DNA of 64,000 bases from Octopus vulgaris (Eukaryota). The stretch is from the NCBI GenBank assembly GCA_951406725.2, contig OX597821.1, forward strand, positions 42,408,001 through 42,472,000, in the 5' to 3' direction. The number at the start of each line of letters is the position of its first letter. Positions within the stretch are counted from its first letter, which is position 1. The notes beneath the pieces are model-generated. The model ran no database searches. It worked only from the letters and a program-made list of their open reading frames with translations, and had not been told where the DNA came from. Shown piece by piece: positions 1-13,500 of this stretch. Position numbers and translations under genes: made by a program.

Positions 1-1619
1 CCCCACTGGACCCCATAGCACTTTAGTGCTTTAGAATTCACATTATTCTGTCAAAAGTATTGCTTATTTAATCATATTGTTTTGAATTAATTATACATTA
101 CCTTGTAGCTTTGAGATTTTGATGAGATAACAGTTAATTTTTAAAATAATATTGTAGGATTGGTCTGAAAGGCCACATCTGACCAGCTTCAACATAAAGC
201 AGGTAGAATATTATGGTCAGTTTGAATGCTAATTAGTCAACTGATCAGAGTTCTGTAAGTTCTATTCCTTGACAGTACATATGCTTCACTCTTAATCTAT
301 CATAAACAGAGGGGCAGGTGGCAGTATTCACCCTCTTACTTTCCATGTCATCCCATCATCGTTATGTTAGCATCTTGCATGAGTCAGAGGTAGATATCCT
401 ATGGCCAGCTGCCCTTCCTGTCACTAACCCTCACTTGGTTCCAACTAAGGTAATATTTCTCTTTGGCCAGCCATGTTTTCACAGGAAACTGGAAACAAAT
501 GAATGATGGTAATACTCGCTTATAACTATCACACTGTATCAAGACAAGGAGACCCAAACACACACATATACATGCACATGATGGGCTTCTTTTATTTTTC
601 GTCATCCAAATCTACTCACAAGGCTTTGATCAGCTTGGGACTTCAGTAAAAGACACTTACCATAAGGTGCCATGCAGTAGGACTGAACCTAAAAACACAT
701 GGTTGATGAATAAACTTCTTAACCACACACCCATACCTGTACCAATATGAACAGTATACAAACAAAAACTTCATAATCACATGTCTCATGATTGGTTCAC
801 TCATTGCTGTATTAAAGCAGTTCAAGTATTCACTTAAAACTTTTTTTTAAATCAAACAAACAAGTCCTACAATTCCTAGAAAAAATATTACTCACTCTCA
901 GAAAATATGCTTTCTTAACTCAGTACCATAATTCTTGCAAGACCATTATCCAAACTACAAAATATGTCTTCATGCATTGCACAGTCTTCAAGTTCTGTTA
1001 CCTCCCAAAATATGGCCAATCTTTCTGATCCCTTACTAAAAGGATCTCCTTCAATGGAATCATCCTTCCACTTCTCAATTATGATGGTTCTGTGAGCAAT
1101 CCTCCCATGATGGAGAAACCGCTTGCTTTTACTGCTTGTTTTGCATCCAACAACACATTGCACTGGAGTTGTGCCAATCCCGTTGCCTTCAAAAGCAAAA
1201 AATGTAAACACTGCATGTATAAGAATCTATCATTGCATATACACCCTTTCCCTTCAACACAACAAGCAACTGGAGTCCTTTTGATGATTCTATTTCCTAG
1301 GGTTCACACTATAACTGTGATGTCTTCCATGGTGGACACACCAAGTTGGCTCTCAACAAGTACATATTAGACTATGGCCAATCCACCTATAATCATCTTG
1401 TCTTTCATTTGGATATCATATGTCTCAGGTTGTTAAATTCCAGATCAGTCTTCATCAAAGTTGCTCAGTTTTTTTGGATTTAAAGAATTTTTCTTTTAGA
1501 TGTAGTCTATCTCACATTACATTATCCAATGTGTCCTTTTTAAGATGGTGGGATGTGATTTAACCTTTATGTCATAGTATTTCTGTTGAAATGGCCAGTT
1601 TCCAACCCAGGCTGCAGCA

Positions 1620-1860
1620 ACAAAGTCCACCTGCCATATTTTTTAGTCCATTATCACTGTCTCGAGGTCCTGGATACACTCCAGGCCAGTGTCTACAATC
1701 AAGTTGTTGATGTAAGTGTGATGACATTTTCCTCTTCTTACATCACCATGAAGTGGCTTTCACAAGACTAATTTGGATGCTTCCAATTCAGGGTGGTGCA
1801 GGATAGTCACAGCTGTCTTTACCCGATCCTCTCACTAACTTTCAGCAGGTCTCCATAAAG
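1620..1860 (-). mobile_element. Degenerate 3' end of an RTE/RTE-X-like LINE ORF
   Basis: Minus strand reads LYGDLLKVSERI...HPELEASKLVL*KPLHG...TYINNLIVDTGLE...VIMD*KIW, typical of a LINE RT C-terminal region, with stops. Confidence 0.6.
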
Positions 1861-2165
1861 TAATGAGAAATTTAATAAGTATACAATATTGTAAATTTGG
1901 TATGGCAAAAATGGTGAGGATGTTGTTTGTGGTGATGATGATAACTCTGATGATGAAGAGGTGGAATGGGAGAAAGGAGTGTCAATCATGTCTTGATACA
2001 CAAATAAATATTCAGAAGGAAGATAAGTGAGTTGTGAGCTTAAGATATTTGCTTCCCAAACACATGGTTTCAGGTTCAGTCCCACTGCACTGCAAGTGTC
2101 TTCTGCAATAGTCCTTAGCCAAGCAATGCTCTGTGCATAAATTTTGTCGATGGAAACCTGTTGTT

Positions 2166-2207
<42 letters not shown>

Positions 2208-2659
2208 TTGGCATCCTTTTTGTCTCGGGAGACAATGGAGTTGCGCATAAAATAGTCTAGTCCGGCTTTTACATTTCATGTCCTAATACATTTCCTGCTG
2301 TGGCTGTGTAGTCCTATCCTGGACAAACACTCCCTCTGGCAGATATATGTATATATATACATACATGTGCATACATAATTAAATAGATATAAATGTATGC
2401 ATATCTTTCTGTTTCCCACATACATACTCTCACACTTAACAACCGGTGTTGGTTTGATTACATCCCCATAACCTAGCAGTTTGGCAAAAGAGACCGATAC
2501 CCGATATACCTGACTTAAAATACGTACTGGGTCGATTATTTGGACTAAACCCTTCAAGGCATTACTCCAGCATGGCTGCAGTCCAACAACTGACATAAAT
2601 AAAAGCATAAAATAGAGCACAAGCCATTGTTTGTTTAACTGAAATATCTACTGATTGAA

Positions 2660-3660
2660 TTTGGCGCGGAGGGGGGCACTGAGAGGAAAAAAAGCAATAA
2701 TTCGGATCTTTTCGGTTTGAACGGCAGTTTTTTCCAGCAGTGTCATATGAAATTGTCACCCATAATTATGACCCTAGTATCGATCTATTGCATTTCAATC
2801 TGTTTTAGTGTTAGGGTTAGAGTTAGGGTTAGGGGTGGGGGAAGGGTATCTTTTTTCTTCACAAATGTAAATAAACCCAATCTGTTTCTTAAACGAGGGA
2901 CATATTCATACGGTACAGAATGGTTTCACCTCAATAGACGTCATTGATTGGTTGAAATTGCAGAAACTGAAGAAAAAAAAAACAACAATAAATATCTTTT
3001 ATAAACACATTCTACCAGTATACAAAGTTTAAAAGTGTTTAGTTACGTGGAAATTGTTTTAAAAAACTGCCGGTCAAACCGAAAAGATCCAATAATTCTA
3101 AAGGATAAGAGCAAATTAATAAACCAAGCGGGGAATAGCGAATATCGGTTTTGCTATTGCTGAATTTTAGCAATTTTGTGCTACCGTAGTGCTAAAATCG
3201 TCTCCCATCGTTATCTGCCAGCGATATATTTATATCCCGTTCTATTCAAGTCTGTTCCACCACCAATCACGAAAACATTCAGTAAATTTAACCAATCAAA
3301 ATCTCAACATCTTAGCAAGGGTTGACATTCCTCTAATCAATTTATTATATAGTATCTACAAAGGTAAGATTCATACTTTTATTTTATTTTTCCCGAATAA
3401 AAATCGACAACAGGCCTGATTCCATTGTAATTTACTCTGCAAGAGTGGTTCGCTCTGGAAGTAATAATGTCTAAAACGAGTGAGAAAAGAGAATGACGAC
3501 GGAGAAGAGACAGTATGGAATAAAAGATTTAGATTCCGTGTTGCCGTTTGTTTTCTTTGTTTTCATTGGTGGGGTCGGTCAGTTGAGTTTGATTGGGTGC
3601 AGGTTTTTCTGACCAATTTATTGGTCCAAAGTTTACCATTTGCTCACTTGCCAATGCTTG
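2660..3660 (+). promoter_or_regulatory. Putative NF-YC promoter and non-coding first exon (donor after 3363) with a CCAAT-box cluster and an E2F-like site
   Basis: Local CpG enrichment; CCAAT at 3263, 3292, 3613, 3651 and ATTGG at 3565, 3592, 3620; TTTGGCGC at 2660; AAG|gtaaga donor at 3363/3364. Coding exon 1 starts with an acceptor, so an upstream UTR exon is needed. Confidence 0.5.
2704..3090. mobile_element. MITE with ~30-bp TIRs and an 8-bp TSD
   Basis: GGATCTTTTCGGTTTGAACGGCAGTTTTT ... AAAAAACTGCCGGTCAAACCGAAAAGATCC; AATAATTC on both sides (2696-2703, 3091-3098); internal TTAGGG-like tract. Confidence 0.85.
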
Positions 3661-6519
3661 GCATGCTGCTCTTATTATGTTGTTACTGCTAATTACACTT
3701 TTATCTCATTAATCTTTCTCTTATCTTTATCCATTCGATTCATTAGTTTGTCGCCATCAACTTTATATTTCCCTGTCTCTCTTCTCTTTTCCTTCGTTGG
3801 CCAACATCTTTCTGTTGCTAATTCTTTTTGTGTTGTTGCGAATTCTTTTCTCTTGTCTCTCTCTCTCTCTCTGTTTATTTTTATTAATCAATTTAATTAA
3901 CGTCTTTTTAAACTTATGTATTTTGTTAAGTACTCTATTATTTTCCATTATGTTGGTGATTAATTTTTATCGTCGTTTATATCTCTTACGTGTTTTTATC
4001 TTTATAATTCATGTAACTGAATTTTTTTTGTGTCGTGTAATAATGTGTTCTTGCTTAACCAGGATCGATCCTGTCTGTAGTCAAACACATTCCAGCCACG
4101 ACCATCCTGTTTTTTTTGGGTTTTTTTAGTGTATGTTAAGACTACGTTATCTAATGTGTCCTATCCTTTTCTAAGATCGTTACGTATAATTTCAGGTGGA
4201 TTTGACAATTATTTCTAGCAGATCGAGTGTACACGTAGAAGCTATCACTAGCTGATGTGTTTGTGTTACTCTTATCTCGGGTTTTTCTGTATATATTTTC
4301 ACACTTTCAGTTCGTTAAGTTTTTGTGAAATTGTGTCGTTTGGTTGTTTTGTGCGTTGCTAATTATTTTATATACATCTCGTGTATATATATATATACAT
4401 CTCGTGTGTGTGTGTGTGTAAGGTTCATTTCGTTTATTCGTCAAAATTTTATGTGACGTGTAGTGTTTACTGTGTTTCCAATTATCTCACATTTCTGTGG
4501 GACCATCTCTATATACTTTTTTTCCATTTGGCATTAAGGTATTTTATTTAGTCGCAATTCTTATAGGCAAGTTTTCTGAGGAGTAGTTTGGTGCTTGCTG
4601 CCTTAATTATTTTCTCTCGTGTCTCCTTTGTGTATTTTCATGAACTCATTTAATCAAGTGCTTTGTATGTTGTGTTGATGTTTAGCCCCTAGATTGAAGG
4701 CATATCGTGACTACCCCGTTTTTTAAAAAATTGGCTATGGCAATTTCTAACAGGTCGGCCTATGGTTGTTGTTGTTGTTGTTGTGTGATGCTTTTTCTAG
4801 TTTTTATTATTTTTTTTTTCGAAGCATCCTTAGATAACAAGGGCTTGAAAAAAAAAAAACAACCAGGGAACCATAGCATACAATTAACTCCTCTAGTTTT
4901 ACTTGTACACTCGCTCAAAGTATGATCACTTCGGGACGAGGCCTTTTCATTATCAATAACCAGCCTATAACATTAAACAAGTAAACAATTGCTCGTTAAC
5001 TGTTCTAAGCAGGTTGAACACCGTGGATGATAGATCCATGTTTTTAACTGCAGGTGTATTCATAATGGTATCTCAATCTCTCCTGGAGGCTCTTAGGCCA
5101 TGCAGCATCAGAACTCAGATGACAAAAAGCCAGAATAAGTATTGGAAGGCAATCTTAAGATTCTGTCTATTGTTGTAGGGACTTTAGTTTATTGACCCCT
5201 GTGGGATGAAAAGCAAAGTTGAATTCAGCAGGATTTGAACTCAGAATACAGTAAGCTGGAATAAATATTGCTAAATATTTCATCTGACACTTTAATGCTA
5301 CTAACAATTCGCAGTCACCCAAAAAGTTTGCAGCCTTCTAATTTTGCTAACAATGGCTGGTGGACAACGTTATTCATGAATTTTTACAAGGTGGGGTTGA
5401 TCTCCCTGTATGGCATCTTGAGCAAATGTCTTTTATCATGGCATCGGATCAACCCAAACCTTGTGAGTGAAATTGGGTCAATGGAAACTGTTTGGAAGCT
5501 TGTCAGATGGATTGTAGCTGTAATTCAAAGGCCCAGCCTTGTCACACTCTCATGCTAATTCTGCTTGAGAATTTTGTTAAGGCTATACATATGCCTGTGG
5601 AATACTCAACCACTTTACATGATAATTCAGTGGGTCCAGTTTATCGAACAAAACTGCCCATGAGGACAGTAACACTAAACAAGAACTAACTCGGTTTGTG
5701 ATGACCCATTCAACTCATGCCAATATGGAAAGCAGATATTAAATGATATGCTGATATATGTGTGTGTGTGTGTATACAAATAATCATGTCATCTCTTATT
5801 GTAGATGATGGGTGAATGTTCTGCCATTTCTTGCTGAACATCCTGCACAGATGATTTGTTTATAGTGTTCAAATGTTTGTGCTGTACCATAGCTCATCCC
5901 CTCCATCAAACTGGCCTTGCCTATAATCCAACCCATACCAGCATGGAAAACGGTATGCCACAAGTCAAATGTTGAAGTGACAGCAGAGCAACGAGATGAA
6001 GTGTTTTGCACCAGAACACAATGCACTGTGCAGTCTGGGAATTTGGTAATCAAAACCACAACAAGCAATCTGAGTGTGACACCCTAACCACAAGGCCATG
6101 CAGCCTCACATTGTGTTCCATCCACACCCTGTCTCACTCTATCATTGCTATCTGCTAGCCCCCAACCTATGTGTCCCACCCACACATAACAGGAAAACTT
6201 TTCACACACCCTACCCCAACAAACCCATCTACATAACTTCCTCGCCTTTCCTCCATACACTAGCCTAGCTCTCACTCCCCAACTCTGCCCTCATGGCCCT
6301 GTTTCTCTGTATCATTGCTATCGAGTAGTTGCCCCGACTATATATACCCAGGTTTTCGCCACTCACCCCCTGCTCCACACTCTTTAATCCTGCTTCCTTT
6401 GCAATATCCTGCCACTTATGGCATTCGGATCTCAAGGTTATGCCCTGGCACTTGTCACCATCTATATCCTTTACTTCCTTTACTCAACCATCCCATTTAT
6501 ATAACTTTCAAGTGGTGAG

Positions 6520-7660
6520 GAGGCATTGGAGGAGGTGATCTTGTGTTGTATGATGAAAAGGTTATAGTAAGACAGATACAAGTGGCTTGCTGTAGAGGAA
6601 GTACAAAGTTACCCGACTAGAGAGAGAGATCGATCAGGAATGAAGACAGAAACAGGTGCGCTACAGCAAAGGAAATACATAGTTACCCAACCTGAGGGAA
6701 GTGCAGGAGAAGAAGAGAGAGAGTGGGAGATAGCAGGATAGAAATGATGGCAAAATGCTGGGCACACTCACAAGAGACAAATCAGAATATAAATGGGGTG
6801 GTTGAGTAAAGGAAGAGAGAGATATAGATGGTGGCAAGTGCCAGGGCATAACCCTTGAGGTTCGAATGCCATAATATAAGTGGCAGGATTTTGCAAAGGA
6901 AGTGTGGTTAAAAAGTGCAAGTGTGGCAAAAGACAGAAAAACTGTATACCCTGGTCAAATGCCATAATATAAGTAGCAGGCTATTGCGAAGGAAGTATGA
7001 TTAAAGAGTGCAAGTGTGGTGAAAGACCTGAGTATATGTAGAGCTGGAAGGGACTACCAGATAGCAATGATACAGAGCAACAGGGCCATGAAGACAGGAC
7101 TGGGGAGTGAGAGCTAGGCATAGTCTATGAAGGAGGAAATATGAGAAAGAGATGTGGAGATGTAGATTGGTTTCTTGGGGTAGGGTGAAGGAAAAGTTTT
7201 GTTACGTGTAGATGGAATGTAATCTTCTCTCTTGCACACTACATTTGATTCCTCTTATACCCAACTTTTCTCTGAATACATTTGTACTTTGCCATACATG
7301 TGCACTGATGTTGCACATCCAATGGAGCATACTACCTTCATTTTTCTCCAGTCCACACGTCTTCTGCATTCAGAGCCCATGTCTCACTACCATGGCATAT
7401 AGCCGTTCACACACAAGCATCATATGGTCTACCTTTCACTCCTTTCATTGCCAGCAGAGGTAATAGCTCTCTGACCTTCCTCCATCCAATTCTTATTATA
7501 GAAACAATACTTTCAGAGCATTCTCCACCATTGCTAATTTGGTCACCTTGGTAACAGAAACTATCTACAACCTCAAGGGAGCCTCCTGGGAATTTGAGAA
7601 AATCTAATTCCCATGTGCTCTTAGTGCTTATTGTTCCTGCACATCTGCCATATAAAAAAG
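6520..7660 (-). mobile_element. Diverged RTE LINE 3' fragment plus 3' UTR; an inverted partner copy lies at ~6190-6510
   Basis: 7190-7660 is the reverse complement of a diverged version of the RTE ORF end at ~16600-17040; 6790-7190 mirrors 6210-6500. Confidence 0.6.
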
Positions 7661-9229
7661 AAATACTTTATTTATTAATCTACCTGGGATTCCACTGCAC
7701 CTCTTATGTGTTCTTAGTTTACACTGGGTGCAGCATTCCTCTCCACCTTCTTGGAAGCAGCACTATCTATACGTCTCCCTTCAAGCATCTCAACAATCTC
7801 ACCAGACCTACGTTTCAATGTGCCAACTCTGAGGGTGTGGACCAGCGAGACCCAGGGAGGGTGACAGCAGCATTATGCATCAGAAAAGAAAGCTCGCATT
7901 TGGCAGATCTTGTAAACATACAATTGCCTTCAACCTGCATACTCTACACCAATATTTGATTTGCTACATAATCACTAAATTCAGCAGGATATAGACTCTT
8001 GGTAAGAATGGAGAGGGAAGCATTCCGTATAGTAAACCGTTAGTAGTTCTCGGGGGAAAACTTCCAGTAGAGATCAGAGGATAAAGACTTCCAGTATAGG
8101 TGGTGGGGGTGGGATGGGAGGGCAAATGGCAAAGCACTGAGGCTGCCCTGTTCTGATCATATCAATGAGTAAGGTTAATATTTATAATGAATTTGCCATT
8201 TTCGATGGGTTATGCAGCACACACCTAGCACTCATGGAATATACTCCCCTGGAGTATTGTCTATGGAAATATAGAAGTATTTTTTTATATACCACATCAA
8301 TTTTACATTGTTGTAGGATTGGGTTTAATTGTTTCATGGTATGCAAGTTGTATTATTTAGTTGAGTGGTGCTTCTATAGAGTCAGTCTGTGGTGTGTGAT
8401 CGGTGTTATATAGTTCAGGTGTAGCAGATGGTGATTGTGTGGAGTCTGAATGTCAATTGCATAATGGGTAGCAGCTGTGTAAAATGTGTGAGTTGTTGGT
8501 GTTATAGTATCAGATATTAGTCATGTAGGAGTATGTGCTGTGATATTTTATTGTATTGTGATTGTTTGGTGCATGCTTTGCTTACAGAGAGTGTACTGTT
8601 TGAGCTAGGATGGTAATAGAAAGTGTCTTGCCTAAGAAGAGGGTTGTGGCTAGTAGGCCTATTTTTTTTCAGTTACTTTCATGGAAAGCACACAAATGCT
8701 GCAAATTTTCCATCAGAACTCAGTTTGTCAAATTGAGCATGCTACCAGGATATTTTACAGACATGCTGCAAGTTCAGTGTACAAAACACAGCTGCTTCTC
8801 CTCCCTATCTCTCGCTCTCCATTGTTTTCTTGGATGGTCTTGATAATTTTAATTACATAATTAGCAAGTACATTGTTAGACGTTCGCTGCACTTGATTTT
8901 AATATTTTTATAAACTTTTATTTCATTTTATTAGCTCCTTTATTGTCATCTCATTGCAATATTTATTATCAGTTCTTTTATTACTTTCTCATCATATTTC
9001 ATCATTTTTTTAGTAATTGTTTCATTGTTGCCTTTTTATTTACTAAATAATTTTGAGAGCATTAATGCTTCTCCCTCCTTTCCTCTAACCCTTAGAATTG
9101 TGGTGGTTTCAACTAGAGAAAAAAAATATTTGATGGTTTCTCCAAATCCTTTCAGACAATGTTTTGGTCAGAAAGGATTGCAATATTTACTAGTTTGCAG
9201 GTATTATCATTCCAGTCCTTGATCACTAT

Positions 9230-9780
9230 ATTTGAATGTTTATCCTGACTTCTTTGTCAGCGTGGACAGATGTCTCCAAGATGACTGTGACCAAAGCATT
9301 GTCATTCACCATGTTATTTACATATTTACAACACCACTTATCCATTTTCATATTGAAATGTCTGCTTGTTGTCTAGTGAATATAGCTACTGACTAAAGTG
9401 TGTCTGTGAATATACATAGTGTTGGCAAGGGCTGAACAGCTAGACATGATGTGGTCAACTGTCTTAACTGTCTTGTTGTACAAGTGGCATTGTCTATGCT
9501 TGATGTCAGCATTTTTTTTTTTTGCTGGTCTTTGTAGTTTGTGGCTAGCCATTAATCCCATGCTTCTAGTATCTGACCTTAATTTTCTGCTTTTAGCCCA
9601 AAGTTTTTGAGCCATTGTTGGCTTTCACTCTGACTTACCTCTTCTCTGTTGAGTGTTGCATGGTATTGGCCATGGAATGATTTTTCTCTAATTTTGTATT
9701 TTTTTTATTCAGTTTTCAGTTGTTGTATCCTTATCTAAATCTTTTTCTTCAGTGTAGTTGGTTTCCTGTTTGTACTTTAT
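9230..9780 (-). mobile_element. Degenerate RLE-type (R4/NeSL-like) non-LTR retrotransposon fragment
   Basis: C..Y...VKTVDHIMSSCSALANTMYIHRH..V..YIH is a decayed CCHC knuckle plus RH motif. Confidence 0.65.
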
Positions 9781-10369
9781 TATCCCTTAGTATTTAGAGA
9801 AAAATGTGCTTCCGCAGGAGCAGCACGAGGTCTTGCACTTTGGCTGAATCTTTAGAGTCTTGGATAAAATGCCTTCTGTACTTCTTCAGCTCTCTACATT
9901 TTGAGTTGAAATATCATTGAGGTCAATGGTATTGACTAACCCCTTTCCTCAAAAGTCCTGGCCTTGTGCCTCAATTAGAAGTTATCGTTGTTATTGCTAT
10001 TATTGACTTGACTTGAGACAGCATTCACTCAGGGTGGGTTGAGCTGGCTTCATTCATCCTCAATGCTGCTATTATTATTATTATTATTAAAGTGCAAGTT
10101 GGCAGAACTGTTACTGTGCTAGACAAAATACTCAGTGGCATTTCTTCTGACTTTAATGTTCTGAGTTCAAATATTACTGAAATCAACTTTTCCTTTCATT
10201 CTTTCAAGGTTGATAACATAAGTACTAGTAATGTACAGGTATCAATGAAATTGACTTACTTTCTCCTCTAAAATTGCTAGCTGTGTACCAACATGTGAAA
10301 CTATTATTATTGTTGTTATTATTAATATTATTTTATTATGAATGACACAGATTTTGTATATTTATTTAT

Positions 10370-10415
<46 letters not shown>

Positions 10416-10421
10416 TAAATC

Positions 10422-10547
10422 ATGTCAGGAAATGATCCTGTCTACCAACCTACGGGAGGTGCAACTTCAGGAATTTCAAATGAAGCCACTACAATGTTAC
10501 AGACATTTTGGCCCCATAGTTTAGAAGGGATCAAAAAGATGACACAG
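10422..10547 (+). CDS. NFYC: NF-YC coding exon 1 ([42 protein letters not shown])
   Basis: Acceptor tcag at 10411-10414, ATG at 10422, LQTFWP matches NF-YC LQSFWP, donor CAG|gtgatg, phase 0. Confidence 0.9.
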
Positions 10548-13500
10548 GTGATGGGCATGTGTTTTTTGACATTGTTGTAGTTTTTCTTTTTCTTGAACTT
10601 ATATTTGTGAAAATATATTTGTGTATCTGATACATTGTGATAAATACTGATTAATTAGTCAGTGTTGATAACTTTTATGGTCATTAATCCTCTGTCATGG
10701 TCAGATAATATCCTTAGTCTCAGTTGGTCATGCTTGGGAATCCAACCAGAAGGATGTTGCTTCTGATAGGACCCTATGGAGGAAGTGCTGAGGATTCTAC
10801 CTCCATGACCCCTCTTAGAAATAGTAGGTGGGAAAAATAGATGGAATTGTCTGTCATTCTGAAACAGAATTTTGCTATGATAACTTGTGTGTGCATGTGT
10901 GAACTTGTGCATGCCCACGTGTGTATGTGTGTGTGTTTATTAAATGTAAAGTTGAACCCAGAATCACATGGCTGCCAAGTGAACTTCTTAACTGCATAGC
11001 CATTCTCTGCCTATGTTTACATACATAGAAATAGATTGTTGAAAGGAAGTGTTATTATATCAATTTAGTAGGAAGATAAGTTGAATCTTTAGAGCATTGG
11101 ACAAAATGCTTTGTGTATGTGTTCTGATTATTTTTGTTCTTAGACCAAAACCTTCCAAGATCAATTTAGGACTTTCATCTCTCTGGTGGGTATAAAAAAA
11201 AAGTACCAGTCTCTTATTTGAGTCAGTGGTATTGACAACCCACCTCCCTTAAAACTCTTGTCTTATACCTAAATGAGAAACCATTAAGGTAGCATGCTGG
11301 CTGAATAAGTACCAGTCAAGCACTGGGGTCAATGTAATTAAATATTCTTCCACCAAAACTACTGGCCTAGTGCCTCTAGTAGAAAGAATTTATATTTTAA
11401 TGCTGGTAGATTAATAGAATCATAAGAGTGTTGGCGAAGATGCTTTGCAGTATTTGTTCCAACTCTTCACATTCTGAGTTCAGCACCACCTTTCATCCCT
11501 CTGTGTTCAATAAAATAAAATACTAGTCAAATACTGGGGTCAATGATATCAAGTAGACCCCCCTCCTTCAAAACTTTTGATCTCATGTGTGAATATCACA
11601 CTTCTTTTCAGTGACATCCTATTACAGTTGGGTAAAATTTTGTGTACATGTGCATCATCATCAAGTTTTAACCTTTTCGATACCAATCTACCTGAGACTG
11701 CCTCTGGTTCTGTTTTGAAATTATATTGATTAAAACCATCCATCAAAATTGTCAAACAATAGTTTAATAACAACAGTTATTTTGATAAATTCTTCATTAT
11801 TGTCAAAATCAACTGACACAAAAGTGTATTTCAATGGAAATATGATAACAAAGGGGTTATATGGTCTTCTGTACTGTGTCAGGATGTTATCTCTAGCCTC
11901 TGCACATCTACACTCAGTACTATGCGGCACCAAACCAAATATACAGGTATATGTGTTATTGTTTGACCTTCCAGAAATAGCAATCAAGTTTCCCTCAAAT
12001 CATATTCCATTGTCTTATCTCTGTGAAACCACAAGTATGCTTTAACCCTTTCGTTACCATATTTATTTTGAGATGCTCTATGTTTCTTTCAGTTATTTTA
12101 AATATAACAAAGAATTTAGTAAAATAACTTAGTTATCATTAAGCTAGTGTTAAGAACATAAATTGTGACTAAGGTTTGGTGGGAGATTTTAATTCAAAAC
12201 TTATGAAAACAAAGCATTTGTACTACAGAGCCAGAGCCGGGATGGTAACGAAAAGGTTAATGGTTATAAATTCATTTGACTATACCCACTGGAAGAGGCA
12301 AAGCATGGGTTTATGTTTATGGCTCACTAATTACTAAAAGCATCTTTGTTTTCAGCTGTAAATACAAAACAATGTGGTCACCCGCTTTTGCATCTTCTAA
12401 GGATGTAGTCAAATGAAATTGGGCCTGTTAAAACATATTCTTGGGTTCCAAGGGTTAAAGAAGTAAACCACATACTAATGCACACTCTAGTGAAAAAAGA
12501 TAGGATGGGCACTGCTAGAACACCTTTAATTATATAGGTCTATTTAATTACAGTTGCCCAAGAGCTTAACAGCAACAACAACATATTTGAGTGGAAGACT
12601 TAGTGTGCTTAAGATTTGAGGCAAATTTTGCTGCTATTTCAGATACAGCAGTTGTAGTGGTGATGGTAGTGATGGTGTTCTTGTGTAGCTTAAGGCCTAC
12701 TATGGGAACACAACAAGTTATTTCAGTTATTGTCAGGTCAGACATGTGTGTTGAGTCTCTGGGATTTAGCTGTAGGTGAATAAGGCAACCTGCAAGTCAA
12801 TCAACTTAAATCTTATATGAGAATGAGAGAGTTAAGGGAAAACTTTAAGGGATTAAACAATGCTAGATTTTCGTTTGTTTGAATGCTAGAATATAAATTC
12901 ATTTTTTATGGAGTGAAGCATTTTCTTTTAACCCCTATCTTTCTTTCTAATGATTTTGTTTTTCTTTCCTAGAATGAATTCAAAAGTCAAGAACTTCCTC
13001 TGGCAAGGATAAAGAAAATAATGAAACTTGATGAAGATGTTAAAGTTAGTTCAACATAATCACAATCTTTTTTGTTGTCAATCATAGTCACAGTTATTGT
13101 TTTCCAAGAAAAAAATTATTATTATTTGGCTGTGAATGAAAAAATTTGTAGAGTATCAGACACATTTTCTGGTGGTATGAGTTCAAATCTGGATGAGTGA
13201 TATTTGTATTTTATCATTCTGTGGTTGATAAGCTAAAGTATCAATGTTGTATGAACATTAGATAGCCAGTGGTTTGTGTGCTTGCTTCATGTTTTTCTAG
13301 TCTTTACACATCTTCTACAGCCAGTATTCATGATATGCCACCATAAAATATTGCACTTCACTTGGACTGAGAATTCCTTTGTTGCAGAAGTAATAACTCC
13401 CTGGACATTTTGACTCAGTTCTTATTCTGTCTTCTATGCTTTCAGAACACCCTATTCAACTGCTAATAATGTCATCTAGATGACAGAAGCTATCAGTTAC

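Noticed and set aside
880-1430. Coding-like sequence (ORFs 915-1211 and 1092-1370)
   Set aside because: No recognisable motif, stops in all extended frames, no convincing splice sites
1819-2235. 138-aa minus-strand ORF as a divergent gene
   Set aside because: Runs through a (TA)n repeat, a SINE head and a LINE remnant
2808-2841. TTAGGG repeats as an interstitial telomere
   Set aside because: Only ~4 imperfect units, internal to a MITE
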